Origin: Candidatus Forterrea multitransposorum CG_2015-17_Forterrea_25_41
GTDB taxonomy: Archaea; Iainarchaeota; Iainarchaeia; Iainarchaeales; CSSED10-239
Length of the DNA: 64,000 nt
Reading direction: 5' to 3'
Assembly (NCBI GenBank): GCA_009392915.1
Contig: CP045477.1
Span: forward strand, 576,001 to 640,000
Shown: positions 9,452 to 19,131 of the stretch, piece after piece
How the letters are laid out: each line of letters opens with the position of its first letter
Numbering within the stretch: position 1 is the stretch's first letter
Notes under the pieces: generated by a model
Database searches by the model: none
What the model was told of the DNA's origin: nothing
What the model saw: the letters and a program-made list of their open reading frames with translations, nothing else
Made by a program: the position numbers and the translations under genes

Positions 9452-10084
9452 ATGGTAGATAAAAAACTTATTCAAGATACTATTGTTGAATTACTAGATG
9501 CTAACATAGATAAAGACACTATTTATTCAACATTAAAAGATATTGGAGTTTCAGAAGATGAAATTGAAGAAAATTATAAAGAAATGATTGCTTCAAGAAA
9601 AGAAGGTGGGGAAAAAGACACCTCTCCTAAAGAAGAAACTGAAGAAGATGATTCTAAAGAAGAAGAAACTAAAGAAGATGAACCTGAAACTAATGAAGAG
9701 GATACTGATAAAAAAGAAGATGAAGAAATTGAAGATGACGACATCTTTGCAAATAATGATTCAGAAGATAAAGAAGAAGCTGTAAAAAAACAAACTACAA
9801 AAACAGACTTTCTAGAAGAAAATAAAAAAAGAGATGAAGAAAAACAAGAAAAAGAACTTAAAGAAACTTCTGAAACTGTTGACAAAGAAACTAAAAAAAG
9901 TATTTTTGATGATATTGAAAAGAAAAATACTGAAAAAAAAGAAGTGCCTTCTAAAATTAATTCAAGCCAACTTGCAGACATAGAAGAACAAGTTAGAGAA
10001 CTGAAAGCACAAATGAATGCCTTAACAAAAATAATGAAAGATATTTTAGAAGAAAATAGAAATATTTTAAATAAATTAAAATAA
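9452..10084 (+). CDS. Highly acidic E/D/K-rich low-complexity protein with a C-terminal coiled coil
   Basis: It has runs such as EETEEDDSKEEETKEDEPETNEEDTDKKEDEEIEDDD and a C-terminal heptad-like IEEQVRELKAQMNALTKIMKDILEENRNILNKL. Confidence 0.45.
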   Translation: MVDKKLIQDTIVELLDANIDKDTIYSTLKDIGVSEDEIEENYKEMIASRKEGGEKDTSPKEETEEDDSKEEETKEDEPETNEEDTDKKEDEEIEDDDIFANNDSEDKEEAVKKQTTKTDFLEENKKRDEEKQEKELKETSETVDKETKKSIFDDIEKKNTEKKEVPSKINSSQLADIEEQVRELKAQMNALTKIMKDILEENRNILNKLK

Positions 10085-10087
10085 AGT

Positions 10088-10474
10088 TTAATCTCTTAAA
10101 AGAAAACCATATTCTTTATTATTAATATGATCTAGAATATCTAATAAAACATTTTCTCTTTCTGCTGGAGCTAAATCTCCAAAAATATATCTAATCATAT
10201 CTTCTATTTGCTCAAGAGAAAAATCAGAAAAAACATATGCAAGTAAAGCCTTAAGATTAGATTTTGTAAAAAAAGATTTATTTTTCGATAAATATTCTTT
10301 AGAAGATTTTTTATTTCTTAAAATATTTTTAACGAATTCTTTTCCTTTATTAAAAAGAGAAGGCACATCTTTTCCTTTAATTTCTTTCTTAATAGAAGGA
10401 TTCTTAGGTTTAGTTAAATAATTTTTAATTTCTTTTTTAACTCTTTTTACAGAAGATTTAATTATTTTATGCAT
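10088..10474 (-). CDS. Hypothetical basic protein
   Basis: ORF with a K-rich N-terminus. Confidence 0.35.
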   Translation of the reverse strand: MHKIIKSSVKRVKKEIKNYLTKPKNPSIKKEIKGKDVPSLFNKGKEFVKNILRNKKSSKEYLSKNKSFFTKSNLKALLAYVFSDFSLEQIEDMIRYIFGDLAPAERENVLLDILDHINNKEYGFLLRD

Positions 10475-10495
10475 AATTGTTTAAACCTATTTTAA

Positions 10496-10804
10496 TTAAT
10501 TTCCAAAAAGTTTACTAAAATCAACATCTCCAACATCATCTTCTTTTTTACCACCAGAAAAGTAATTTGTAATAACTATAATTAGTAAAAGAACTACTGA
10601 AGAGATTAATAAAAAATTAATATCACTTGCAAGAAGGAAGAAAATTAAAAAATAACCTGCTAAAACTAAAAGATTCCACCAACTTTTATCAAATAAAAAG
10701 TAAATACCTAAAATAAAAGGAATAAATATTAAAAGATCATACTTAATGCATAAAATAACTATAACCAACAAAAAGATTCTTGATAATATAGCTTCCAAAT
10801 GCAC
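10496..10804 (-). CDS. Small integral membrane protein (hypothetical)
   Basis: Three predicted hydrophobic helices. Confidence 0.35.
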   Translation of the reverse strand: MHLEAILSRIFLLVIVILCIKYDLLIFIPFILGIYFLFDKSWWNLLVLAGYFLIFFLLASDINFLLISSVVLLLIIVITNYFSGGKKEDDVGDVDFSKLFGN

Positions 10805-10812
10805 ACGTCCTT

Positions 10813-11079
10813 TTAAATTCTAAAATCCTTTAATAATTTTTTAATATCTGGTTTGCTTACAGAAAATAAAAGTGCACCAATTACTGCAAACCAAACAAAA
10901 TCAGGATATTGTACAAATAATAAATATACAATAACAATTGTAATAATTACTGAAAAAGTATTGTTTGCAACTTTACTTTTTGTCCAGGAATATATTACCA
11001 TTGAAATAACAATTAAAAGCACAATCCAGACAACATGCTGGAACGCACTTAAATATATAATATTATTCATACCTCTCAA
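10813..11079 (-). CDS. Small integral membrane protein (hypothetical)
   Basis: Two hydrophobic helices. Confidence 0.35.
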   Translation of the reverse strand: MRGMNNIIYLSAFQHVVWIVLLIVISMVIYSWTKSKVANNTFSVIITIVIVYLLFVQYPDFVWFAVIGALLFSVSKPDIKKLLKDFRI

Positions 11080-11106
11080 TTAAATAAAGAAAGAAAAGAT
11101 TTAAAA

Positions 11107-11715
11107 CTATTTAGCTTTTCTTAATTTTGCTCTATTTGAAGGACCAGCTTTTTCAGTTCCTGTTCCTTTCTTCACAAGACCTCTATTTTTCTTACCTGCA
11201 CTTGTAAGTCCTCTTTGAGCTCTTGAAGAATGTTTTTCAGAAACTATCCAATTAAGATCCATATCATTAATTATTGATGGGTGATTTGGATCAACCATTA
11301 TAACTTCAAAATATTTCTTTTGACCATCTTCGCCAACATAATATGAATTTAAAACTTCTAAATTTTCAAAAGCCTTATCTGCTTTTTGTTCTGCCATTCT
11401 TTGAATAGAAACTCTTCTTGTAATTTTATTTATTCCCATTCTTTTTGGTCTTCTAGCGTTTTTAGGTCTTAAAATTAAACCTCCACCTTTTCTTACCTTA
11501 ACAAAAACAACAGAAACTCCTTGTTTTGCTTTATAACCAAGTTCTCTTGCTCTAGGTATATTTGATGGTTTATCAACTTTAACTATTGAACCTTCTAATT
11601 TTCTAAATTCAATTAATTTTTTTGTATAAATTTGTCTATAATCATAATTAGTATCTCTTTTTTTCTTATATTCATTTTGAATTGTTTTCTGAATATATTT
11701 ATTTGCACTTGTCAT
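11107..11715 (-). CDS. rpl15e: 50S ribosomal protein L15e
   Basis: It contains VRKGGG, RPKNARRPKRMG and a basic KRK-rich tail. Length and pattern fit L15e. Confidence 0.8.
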   Translation of the reverse strand: MTSANKYIQKTIQNEYKKKRDTNYDYRQIYTKKLIEFRKLEGSIVKVDKPSNIPRARELGYKAKQGVSVVFVKVRKGGGLILRPKNARRPKRMGINKITRRVSIQRMAEQKADKAFENLEVLNSYYVGEDGQKKYFEVIMVDPNHPSIINDMDLNWIVSEKHSSRAQRGLTSAGKKNRGLVKKGTGTEKAGPSNRAKLRKAK

Positions 11716-11871
11716 AAAAAAATCACACTCTTTTTAATTTGTTTTAAACTATTATTATTTTATATTTAAAATAATTATAAATAACTATGAAACGAAATGT
11801 TTATATATTAGATGGAAATTAAAGGCTAAATTAACCTTATTTTCATAAAAAATAACAAAATAAGAAGTATT

Positions 11872-12051
11872 ATGCTTAAAAAGAAAATAACAATAACAAA
11901 AAATGACTTTAATAAAACTTTAAGAGATATACTAATAGATCTTAATATAAATCCAGAAACAGTACTTGTAAAGATAGATGGAATATTTAAACCAATATCA
12001 ACTGTTATAAAAAAAGAAACTGAAATAGAAGTTTTAGTTGTAATAAAGTGA
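11872..12051 (+). CDS. Small beta-grasp (ThiS/MoaD-like) protein of 59 aa lacking a C-terminal Gly-Gly. It was not in the ORF track
   Basis: Translation MLKKKITITKNDFNKTLRDILIDLNINPETVLVKIDGIFKPISTVIKKETEIEVLVVIK resembles the ThiS pattern (L.....V.V.vNGe.v......l.dgD.ievl). It ends 8 nt upstream of ncsA. Confidence 0.35.
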   Translation: MLKKKITITKNDFNKTLRDILIDLNINPETVLVKIDGIFKPISTVIKKETEIEVLVVIK

Positions 12052-12058
12052 AAAAAAT

Positions 12059-12994
12059 ATGAATATTAAATGCGATAAATGTTCTAAAGATGCTTTAATA
12101 TATTTAGCATACGGAAAGCATAATTTCTGTAAAGATCACTTTAATGATTTTTTTGAAAGTAGGTTTAAAAAAACAATTAGACAATTTAAACTTTTTTCAC
12201 AAAAAGATTATTTAGGAGTTGCAACTTCTGGTGGAAAAGACTCAATGGTTTTACTTTATTTAATAAATAAAATATTTAGAGAAAAAAGAATTAATTTCTG
12301 TGCAATCTTTGTTGACGAAGGAACTGATAATTATTCAAATAAAACTTTCCAAGTTGTTAAAGATTTTTGTACTAAAGAAAATATTAAACTTGTAACCTCC
12401 TCTCATAAAAAAGAATTTGATATATCAACACAAGAGATTGGAGAAAAATATGATAAAAAAGAAGGAACTGTTTGCACTTATTGTGGAGTTTTAAGAAGAA
12501 AAACATTAAACAGACTTGCAAATAAAGAAAAAGTTTCAAAACTTCTAACAGGACATAATTTAGATGATGAATGTCAAACTATTTTAATGAATCTTTTAGA
12601 TAATGATACCTTAAGATTTTTTAGAACAGGTCCTGAAACAGGAATTATTGATATTGAAAATACAAGACCTAGAATTAAACCATTTTACTTAACTCCTGAA
12701 AAAGAAATTGCAGCATATGCTCTCTTTAATCAAATACCTTTTCATGATTGTAATTGTCCTTTCTTTAGAACAGCTAAAAGAAATCATTTTAGAAATTTTT
12801 TAAATGAAACAGAAATTATACATCCTGGATCTAAATTTTCATTAGTTAAAAGTTTTTTAAAAATAAAAGAACTTTCAAATCTTAAAAAAATAATTACTAA
12901 AAAAAATCTAAAAAAATGTAAAATTTGTAAAGAAGATACAAGTCAAGATATATGTAAGGCATGCGAGTTAATTTCAAAAATTAAAAAGATATAA
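12059..12994 (+). CDS. ncsA: tRNA 2-thiolation protein NcsA/Ncs6/Ctu1-like (PP-loop ATPase with zinc fingers)
   Basis: An N-terminal CDKCSK...C zinc finger is followed by the SGGKDS PP-loop. C-terminal CxxC pairs fit the Ncs6/TtcA family. Confidence 0.7.
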   Translation: MNIKCDKCSKDALIYLAYGKHNFCKDHFNDFFESRFKKTIRQFKLFSQKDYLGVATSGGKDSMVLLYLINKIFREKRINFCAIFVDEGTDNYSNKTFQVVKDFCTKENIKLVTSSHKKEFDISTQEIGEKYDKKEGTVCTYCGVLRRKTLNRLANKEKVSKLLTGHNLDDECQTILMNLLDNDTLRFFRTGPETGIIDIENTRPRIKPFYLTPEKEIAAYALFNQIPFHDCNCPFFRTAKRNHFRNFLNETEIIHPGSKFSLVKSFLKIKELSNLKKIITKKNLKKCKICKEDTSQDICKACELISKIKKI

Positions 12995-13025
12995 AAAGCT
13001 ATTTTACCTTATAATATAATTGTTT

Positions 13026-13098
13026 GGTCCTGTGGTCTAGTGGTTATGACGTCGCATTGACATTGCGGAGATCCCCAGTTCGATCCTGGGCAGGACCA
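13026..13098 (+). tRNA. tRNA-Val (anticodon GAC)
   Basis: A 73-nt cloverleaf with acceptor GGTCCTG/CAGGACC, T-loop TTCGATC and anticodon loop TTGACAT. No CCA is encoded. Confidence 0.85.
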
Positions 13099-13122
13099 CT
13101 TATAATTTTATAAAGAAAATTT

Positions 13123-14760
13123 ATGAATCCTATAAAAGATTTAAAAACTGCATCTGAAAAGATAAAACAAAATAGTGAAAAACTAAAAGATGACTTTATT
13201 AATTATAAATATATATTAAATCAGATTAAGCAGATTATAGATTTTCAAGACGCTTTAATTGACCCTTTAAAATCACAAAAGAAAATTTTAAAGAAAATAA
13301 TTAAAAGAAATAAAAATACTGAGTATGGTAAAAAATATTCTTTTTCTAAAATAAAAACTATTGAAGATTTTCAAAAACAAGTACCAATTATAAAATATAA
13401 TGATATTTCAGAAGATATTGAAGAGATAAAAAAAGGAAAACAAAATATTTTTACTAGAGACAAAGTAGTATACTTTGCATCAACCTCAGGAACTACAAGT
13501 AAGATTAAACTTATACCTGTTACGAAGCAAAGAATAAAAAATTATAATAAAGAATTTGCTTTATGGGCTGTATATGTTCTAAAAGATTATGTGAAAATTG
13601 CAAATGGAAAAACACTTTATTTTGCAGGACCTTATTTTGAAGGTAAAACAAAAGGTAAAATACCATATGGTAGTATCTCTGGATACCTTCCTTTTAAATC
13701 ACCTTGGTATGTTAAAAAGAAAATATCAAATCCAATAAATGTTTATAACGAAATGAATTTTAATAAAAAAATTAAAAAAATGGCAATCCATGCACTCCAA
13801 GAAAATATAACCCAAATTGCTTTCACAGCACCAATTGAAGCCATTCTTTTTTTAGATTATATAAAAGAAAATAAAACTAAATTAATAAAAATAATTAAAA
13901 AGAAAAATTCTAAAAGAGCAGAATATCTATCCAAAATTGATGATTTTAAAGCGATTAATATTTGGCCAAATATAGGACTTGTAAGTTGTTTTAGATCAAA
14001 GACAAATGAAATGTATATTGACACATTAATGAAAAAAATTGGTAAAAAAATTGAAATTAGAGATCCAGGTATAAATGCTTCTGAAGGTAGAATATCTATT
14101 GGTATATCAAAAGATGGTATTTCAGGAGTATTTCCATTAAATACAACTTTTTTTGAATTTATTGATTTTAATAAAGAAAAAAAAGAAATAATTACAGTAG
14201 ATAAATTAAAATTAAATAGAAAATATAAAGTAATAATTACAACTCAAGAAGGACTATATAGATATGATATGGGAGATGTTGTAAAAGTAACCAGTTTCTT
14301 TAAAAAGATTCCTGAAATTAAATTTTTTACAAGAGAAAATTATCTTAATATCGCAGGAGAACTTGCATATGAAGATGAAATTGTTAAAGCTTTAAAAAAA
14401 TCTTTCACAGAAGAAAATTTTAAAATTAAATACTACACTGTAATTCCATATCTTAAAGATCTTTCAAAAAAACCAAGATATGAAATATTACTTGATCTTG
14501 AAGAAAATAAAACTGAAAAAGAAATTATAAAACTAAAAGAAAAAATAGATTTAAATCTTAAAGAAACAATAAACGACTACAAACAAATGAGAGAAGAGTT
14601 TGGAAGAATGGATATGCCAGTTATATCTATTCTTGAAAAAAATAGTTATGATGAATTTAATAAAAAAAGAGTTGTAGGCTCTGGAAATCCAAAACCAATA
14701 AATATACATCCTGAGCAGAATTTTAGAGAAAATTTTAAAATAAAGAAAACATATGAATAA
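13123..14760 (+). CDS. GH3-like acyl-adenylate-forming (amido synthetase family) protein
   Basis: It has the STSGTTSKIKLIPVT adenylation motif near residue 120, the YRYDMGDVV motif, and a size of 545 aa. Confidence 0.45.
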   Translation: MNPIKDLKTASEKIKQNSEKLKDDFINYKYILNQIKQIIDFQDALIDPLKSQKKILKKIIKRNKNTEYGKKYSFSKIKTIEDFQKQVPIIKYNDISEDIEEIKKGKQNIFTRDKVVYFASTSGTTSKIKLIPVTKQRIKNYNKEFALWAVYVLKDYVKIANGKTLYFAGPYFEGKTKGKIPYGSISGYLPFKSPWYVKKKISNPINVYNEMNFNKKIKKMAIHALQENITQIAFTAPIEAILFLDYIKENKTKLIKIIKKKNSKRAEYLSKIDDFKAINIWPNIGLVSCFRSKTNEMYIDTLMKKIGKKIEIRDPGINASEGRISIGISKDGISGVFPLNTTFFEFIDFNKEKKEIITVDKLKLNRKYKVIITTQEGLYRYDMGDVVKVTSFFKKIPEIKFFTRENYLNIAGELAYEDEIVKALKKSFTEENFKIKYYTVIPYLKDLSKKPRYEILLDLEENKTEKEIIKLKEKIDLNLKETINDYKQMREEFGRMDMPVISILEKNSYDEFNKKRVVGSGNPKPINIHPEQNFRENFKIKKTYE

Positions 14761-15805
14761 ATATTTTTCAGAAAACTATTTTCAAGCAAGAGAAAAATTT
14801 AGAAAAAGTACAGCTAAACTTAAGAAAAGTAATTATCATATAATTGATGATTTAACTATTGATGTTGCTGAAAGCCATCCTAAAAAAAAAGAAAAACTAT
14901 TAATTATAATTTCAGGAACTCATGGAGTAGAAGGATATGTTGGAAGTGCTTTTCAATTATTTTTTATTGATAAATATCTATCTAAAATTAAAGATAAATA
15001 TGGGATATTATTAATTCATTCTCTAAATCCTTATGGTTTTAAAAATAATAGAAGATACAATGAAAATAATGTTGATCTAAATAGAAACAATAACAAAGAC
15101 TTTTCAAAAATTAATTATTTTTTTAATAAAAATAAATTATTTAAAGAAGAAAATATATTTAATATTAAAAGAGCATTTCTAAGTGATAATTTTGAAAGAA
15201 TCAGATATAATTTACTATTGTACAAATTAATTTTAAAGCATGGAATATCTAAAACAATACAATTAATTGGACATGGACAAAATAAATATCCTAAAGGGTT
15301 ATGTTATTCAGGAAAAAATAAAGAAAAATCAATCTTATTTTTAGATAAAAAAATAAAAGAAATAACTAAAGATTATAAAGAAACAATATTAATTGATGTT
15401 CATACTGGAGCTGCAAAAAAATATAATTTAGATATATTTACTGCAAATAAACTAAATGAAATTAAAATAGATGTTCCTTTTAAGTCAACAAACACTAAAA
15501 AAAAAGGAACTGATCATATTGGTGGAATTGAGAATAGTTTGTTTGAAAATTCAAAATCAAAAAAAAATATTCATTTCACTTTAGAGTTTGGAACAATAAA
15601 TAAATATTCAACAGTAATCTCTCTAAATTATCTTAGTTATTTATTGTTTAAAGAAAATCAAATAACAAACTTTGGACCTTTTGAAAAAATACCAAAAATT
15701 AGACAAAAAATGAAAAAAGCTTATTTTCCAGAAAATAAAAAATTTAAAGAAAATATGTTAAAAAAAACAAAAGACTTTTTAGAAAGAATTATAAATTATC
15801 AATAG
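14753..15805 (+). CDS. M14 carboxypeptidase-like / DUF2817 family zinc hydrolase
   Basis: It has ISGTHGVEGYVG, HSLNPYGF and NNVDLNRN, which are the zinc-ligand motifs of the succinylglutamate desuccinylase/aspartoacylase/M14 fold. Confidence 0.5.
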   Translation: MNKYFSENYFQAREKFRKSTAKLKKSNYHIIDDLTIDVAESHPKKKEKLLIIISGTHGVEGYVGSAFQLFFIDKYLSKIKDKYGILLIHSLNPYGFKNNRRYNENNVDLNRNNNKDFSKINYFFNKNKLFKEENIFNIKRAFLSDNFERIRYNLLLYKLILKHGISKTIQLIGHGQNKYPKGLCYSGKNKEKSILFLDKKIKEITKDYKETILIDVHTGAAKKYNLDIFTANKLNEIKIDVPFKSTNTKKKGTDHIGGIENSLFENSKSKKNIHFTLEFGTINKYSTVISLNYLSYLLFKENQITNFGPFEKIPKIRQKMKKAYFPENKKFKENMLKKTKDFLERIINYQ

Positions 15806-16169
15806 AGAGTTTAATCTCTAAAATATTATTTTTATAACTTGAAACTATACTTTCTTTAACAACTTTAAAACCTAACCAAACTTCTTTATAGAAAGAAAAA
15901 TCGTGACTTCTTATCATTAAAATATTTCTATCATCATCAACATCAAATCTTATTTTATTTAAATTATGAGGAGTATACATGGTAAGATAAATACTCTCTT
16001 TATCAAAAACAAAACTATCAATATCGTCGCACATTTCAAAATCATCTTTATCTCTATTAAACTGTATATTAAGATTAATAGGTTCAGATTTTTCTAGTTT
16101 GTTTTTACGAGCAAAATCTAAGATCATTTGTTTAATTGCTTTGTCAATTTCATCAAGATTTTTTGTCAT
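15789..16169 (-). CDS. Hypothetical protein (possible Hsp20/alpha-crystallin-like beta-sandwich)
   Basis: Only weak pattern similarity (IYLTMYTPHNL..IRFDVDDDRNILMIRS). It overlaps its neighbours at both ends. Confidence 0.25.
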   Translation of the reverse strand: MTKNLDEIDKAIKQMILDFARKNKLEKSEPINLNIQFNRDKDDFEMCDDIDSFVFDKESIYLTMYTPHNLNKIRFDVDDDRNILMIRSHDFSFYKEVWLGFKVVKESIVSSYKNNILEIKLSIDNL

Positions 16170-16839
16170 AAAACCACCCTATTTTGTTTTGATATAATTC
16201 ATTCATAACATTATTTATTGTTTCCCATTTATCTCTTGCAAAAGGAGGAATCTTTTTATTTTTTATAATATATTCTTTTAAATATTTAATAGTCTTTGGA
16301 TCAGAAGAATATCCTGAAATATCAAGACCTGTTAATTCAGAAATCATTTGATCTCTTACAACTTTTGCTAAAACAGAAGCACATGAAACAGAAATATGAT
16401 TTAAATCTGCTTTATGTTCTGAAACAATATTAAATTTATAATCATACTTAAGTATATTAAAATTAGATATCATTCTTTTTTTATACTTTTCTGCACTAGT
16501 ATCAGGACAATCTAATATTAATACATTTGGATTAATTTTTAAGTTTTTAATCATTTCAGCAGTTTTTATAGCTTCAATCTCATTTAAAGAATATCTATTC
16601 ATTAAAACATTTAATTCTTCTGCTGGAATTAAAACAATACTAAATTCTGTTGATTTTTCTTTAATAATATTAAAAAAATTAATTCTTTTTGATTTAGATA
16701 AAAGTTTAGAATCTTTAACACCAAGTTCTTTAAAAAAAATCTCTTGCTCAGGATTTAAAGTACAAGAAGCTAAGACTAATGGACCTAAAACACACCCTCT
16801 TCCAGCTTCATCAACCCCACAATTTAGTACTTTTTCCAT
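16153..16839 (-). CDS. rnhB: Ribonuclease HII
   Basis: The N-terminus GVDEAGRGCVLGPLVLA carries the catalytic DEAGRG motif. Confidence 0.8.
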   Translation of the reverse strand: MEKVLNCGVDEAGRGCVLGPLVLASCTLNPEQEIFFKELGVKDSKLLSKSKRINFFNIIKEKSTEFSIVLIPAEELNVLMNRYSLNEIEAIKTAEMIKNLKINPNVLILDCPDTSAEKYKKRMISNFNILKYDYKFNIVSEHKADLNHISVSCASVLAKVVRDQMISELTGLDISGYSSDPKTIKYLKEYIIKNKKIPPFARDKWETINNVMNELYQNKIGWFYDKKS

Positions 16840-16962
16840 GTAATAATCACTATATATACTATATATGGTATTGTTTAAAAAGCCTAAGGTAGAATTTAGT
16901 AAAAAATAACCATTTAAAAAGAGTTTTGTTTTCTAATATATATAGATATAATATTTAAATAT

Positions 16963-17247
16963 TTGAAAAAAGGTGACAATAATATGCAAGCAACAATTTT
17001 AAGTAACAGAAGAGGAGTTAGAACTCAATATAACAATCAATATATTTTAAAAGTTGATGACGAAAAATATAGTGATAAAAAAACAGTTTCTAGCCTTTTA
17101 GGTAAAAAAACAATTTATAAAACAGGTTCAGGAAAAACCATAACTGGAACTATTGTTTCAGCACATGGAAATAAAGGTGCTGTAAGAGTTATTTTTGAAA
17201 AAGGACTTCCTGGAACAGCAATCTCACAAAAAGTAGATGTTAAATAA
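16963..17247 (+). CDS. rpl35ae: 50S ribosomal protein L35Ae
   Basis: The pattern GTIVSAHGNKGAVRVIFEKGLPGTAISQKV matches the L35Ae fold. Confidence 0.75.
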   Translation: MKKGDNNMQATILSNRRGVRTQYNNQYILKVDDEKYSDKKTVSSLLGKKTIYKTGSGKTITGTIVSAHGNKGAVRVIFEKGLPGTAISQKVDVK

Positions 17248-17252
17248 ATTTG

Positions 17253-17708
17253 TTATTCAGAAGATTTTTCTTCTGAATCTTTTTCATTTTCTAATTTTTT
17301 ATCATTAATTAAGTTTTGGTTAATAGTTTTAAAAACATCAGCATAATTTTTATAACTTACATTTTGTTTAGGTATCTCTTTTGCTTTTTTTAAAGCTTTT
17401 TTAGATAAAGATTCTTTTTTAAAAACTACACTTGGGGACTCTATTGTTTCAACTAAAACTTCTTTTGGAGTTACAACTAAAGATTCTTCTTCTTTTACTG
17501 GAAGATTAAACTTTTCAATAACTTCTTTTTTTGTATATTTTGGAGCACTCTTAAGTTTAAATAAATAAATACCAGAAAATAAGATAATAAAAACTCCTAT
17601 AAATATTAAATAATTATTTTCTTGTACTAATAAATAATAACCAATATAAATTACACCTGAAAAAATAATTGAAAGGTATAAAGATTTAATTAATTTGTTC
17701 ATATACAT
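17253..17708 (-). CDS. Membrane protein (hypothetical)
   Basis: Two N-terminal hydrophobic helices followed by a K/E-rich tail. Confidence 0.35.
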   Translation of the reverse strand: MYMNKLIKSLYLSIIFSGVIYIGYYLLVQENNYLIFIGVFIILFSGIYLFKLKSAPKYTKKEVIEKFNLPVKEEESLVVTPKEVLVETIESPSVVFKKESLSKKALKKAKEIPKQNVSYKNYADVFKTINQNLINDKKLENEKDSEEKSSE

Positions 17709-17786
17709 TCACTTTTAAAAACACATTGTAACAATATTATATAGTATAAACAACTATAAATATATTTAGTTTAGTTAAGAGAAAAT

Positions 17787-18539
17787 ATGAAACAAGAAAT
17801 ATTACAAATTACTAAGAATAAAGTAAAAGAAAAATTAGAAAAATCTGATCAAAAGATAATAAACCTATCTTTAATTGTAGAAAAACTACAATTAAAAATA
17901 AATGAACTTACAGAACTTCTAAAAATTATCTCTGATCAAGAATATCCATCTATTGATCAAATTTTAGGTATTAAAGATTATTGTAAATTTTATCTTTTAG
18001 AAGATAAAAGTCAAATAAGTACACTTAATTTTAAAGAAGAAGAAGAGATTAAAAAAATATTAGATTATAATATTGGAATTACAATTGAAAAAGATGTTAA
18101 AGAAATTACAAATAAACTTTGTAAAAATATTTTAGAGTTAATTGACACTAAAGAAAAAATTGATCTTAAAATAGACACATTAATTAAAGAAAATTATATT
18201 AACCTTTATAATATTGCAACACCTAAAATTGCATGTAAAATGATTGAAATTGCAGGATCTTTTGAAAGATTATCAAGATATCCAGCATCAACTATACAAT
18301 TATTAGGTTCTGAAAAATCTTTTTTTAAAGCTTTAAAGTTCAATAAAAAAACACCAAAATATGGAATTTTATATAATCATCCTTTAATTATAAATTTAAC
18401 AAATAAAAAGAAAGCTAAAATAGCAAGAAGCCTTGCATCAAAAATTGCCTTAGGGTTAAAAGCTGATGTTGAAAAAAAAGATATTTCTAAAGATTTAATT
18501 AATAAAATTAAAACAAAAATTAGTGAAATTAATGAATAA
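17787..18539 (+). CDS. nop5: Nop5/Nop56-like C/D box snoRNP protein (short form, Nop domain)
   Basis: It has the Nop domain IAGSFERLSRYPASTIQLLGSEKSFFKALK...KYGILYNHPLI. Its 3' end overlaps the fibrillarin gene. Confidence 0.7.
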   Translation: MKQEILQITKNKVKEKLEKSDQKIINLSLIVEKLQLKINELTELLKIISDQEYPSIDQILGIKDYCKFYLLEDKSQISTLNFKEEEEIKKILDYNIGITIEKDVKEITNKLCKNILELIDTKEKIDLKIDTLIKENYINLYNIATPKIACKMIEIAGSFERLSRYPASTIQLLGSEKSFFKALKFNKKTPKYGILYNHPLIINLTNKKKAKIARSLASKIALGLKADVEKKDISKDLINKIKTKISEINE

Positions 18540-19131
18540 ACAAATAATTTTAAAAAATCAAAAAATATTTACAAAAAATAACTTAACTGAAAAAGTTAGA
18601 GAATGGGATCCAAATAGATCAAAAGTAGCTGCAGGGATTAAAAAAGGAATAATGCCAAATATTAAAGAAGATGACAAAGTACTTTATCTTGGAGCTGCAG
18701 AAGGTTACACAATATCTTATATATCAGATATTTTAACAAAAGGAAAAGTTTATGGTATAGATATTTCACCATACAGTATGCAAAAATTATTAATACTTGC
18801 AGAAAAAACAGAAAATATAATTCCTATATTAGGAGATTGTAACAAACCTTTTGAATATAATGAAATAATTAAAAAAAAATTTGATTATATAATACAAGAT
18901 ATTGCTCAAAAAAATCAAGCAGAAATATTAATTAAAAATTCAGATATTTTTTTAAAAGAAAAAGGTCTTGCTCTTTTAAGTTTAAAATTATCTGCAATTT
19001 CTCAAAAAAACCATAAAAAAACAATTGATGATCAAATAAACATACTAAGAAATAAATTTAGAATCATTAATCAAAAAAGATTAGATCCTTTTGAAAAGAA
19101 CCACATGCTAATTTTACTTGAAAAAAAATAA
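18523..19131 (+). CDS. flpA: Fibrillarin-like rRNA/tRNA 2'-O-methyltransferase
   Basis: It has the SAM-binding VLYLGAAEGYTISYISDIL..GKVYGIDISP motif and lies directly downstream of nop5. Confidence 0.75.
   Translation: MKLMNKQIILKNQKIFTKNNLTEKVREWDPNRSKVAAGIKKGIMPNIKEDDKVLYLGAAEGYTISYISDILTKGKVYGIDISPYSMQKLLILAEKTENIIPILGDCNKPFEYNEIIKKKFDYIIQDIAQKNQAEILIKNSDIFLKEKGLALLSLKLSAISQKNHKKTIDDQINILRNKFRIINQKRLDPFEKNHMLILLEKK

Noticed and set aside
9574-9981. 135-aa Ser-rich ORF on the minus strand and a 65-aa Lys-rich + ORF at 9588-9785
   Set aside because: Both are low-complexity frames produced by the gaa/aag-rich acidic gene on the + strand. They have no independent support.
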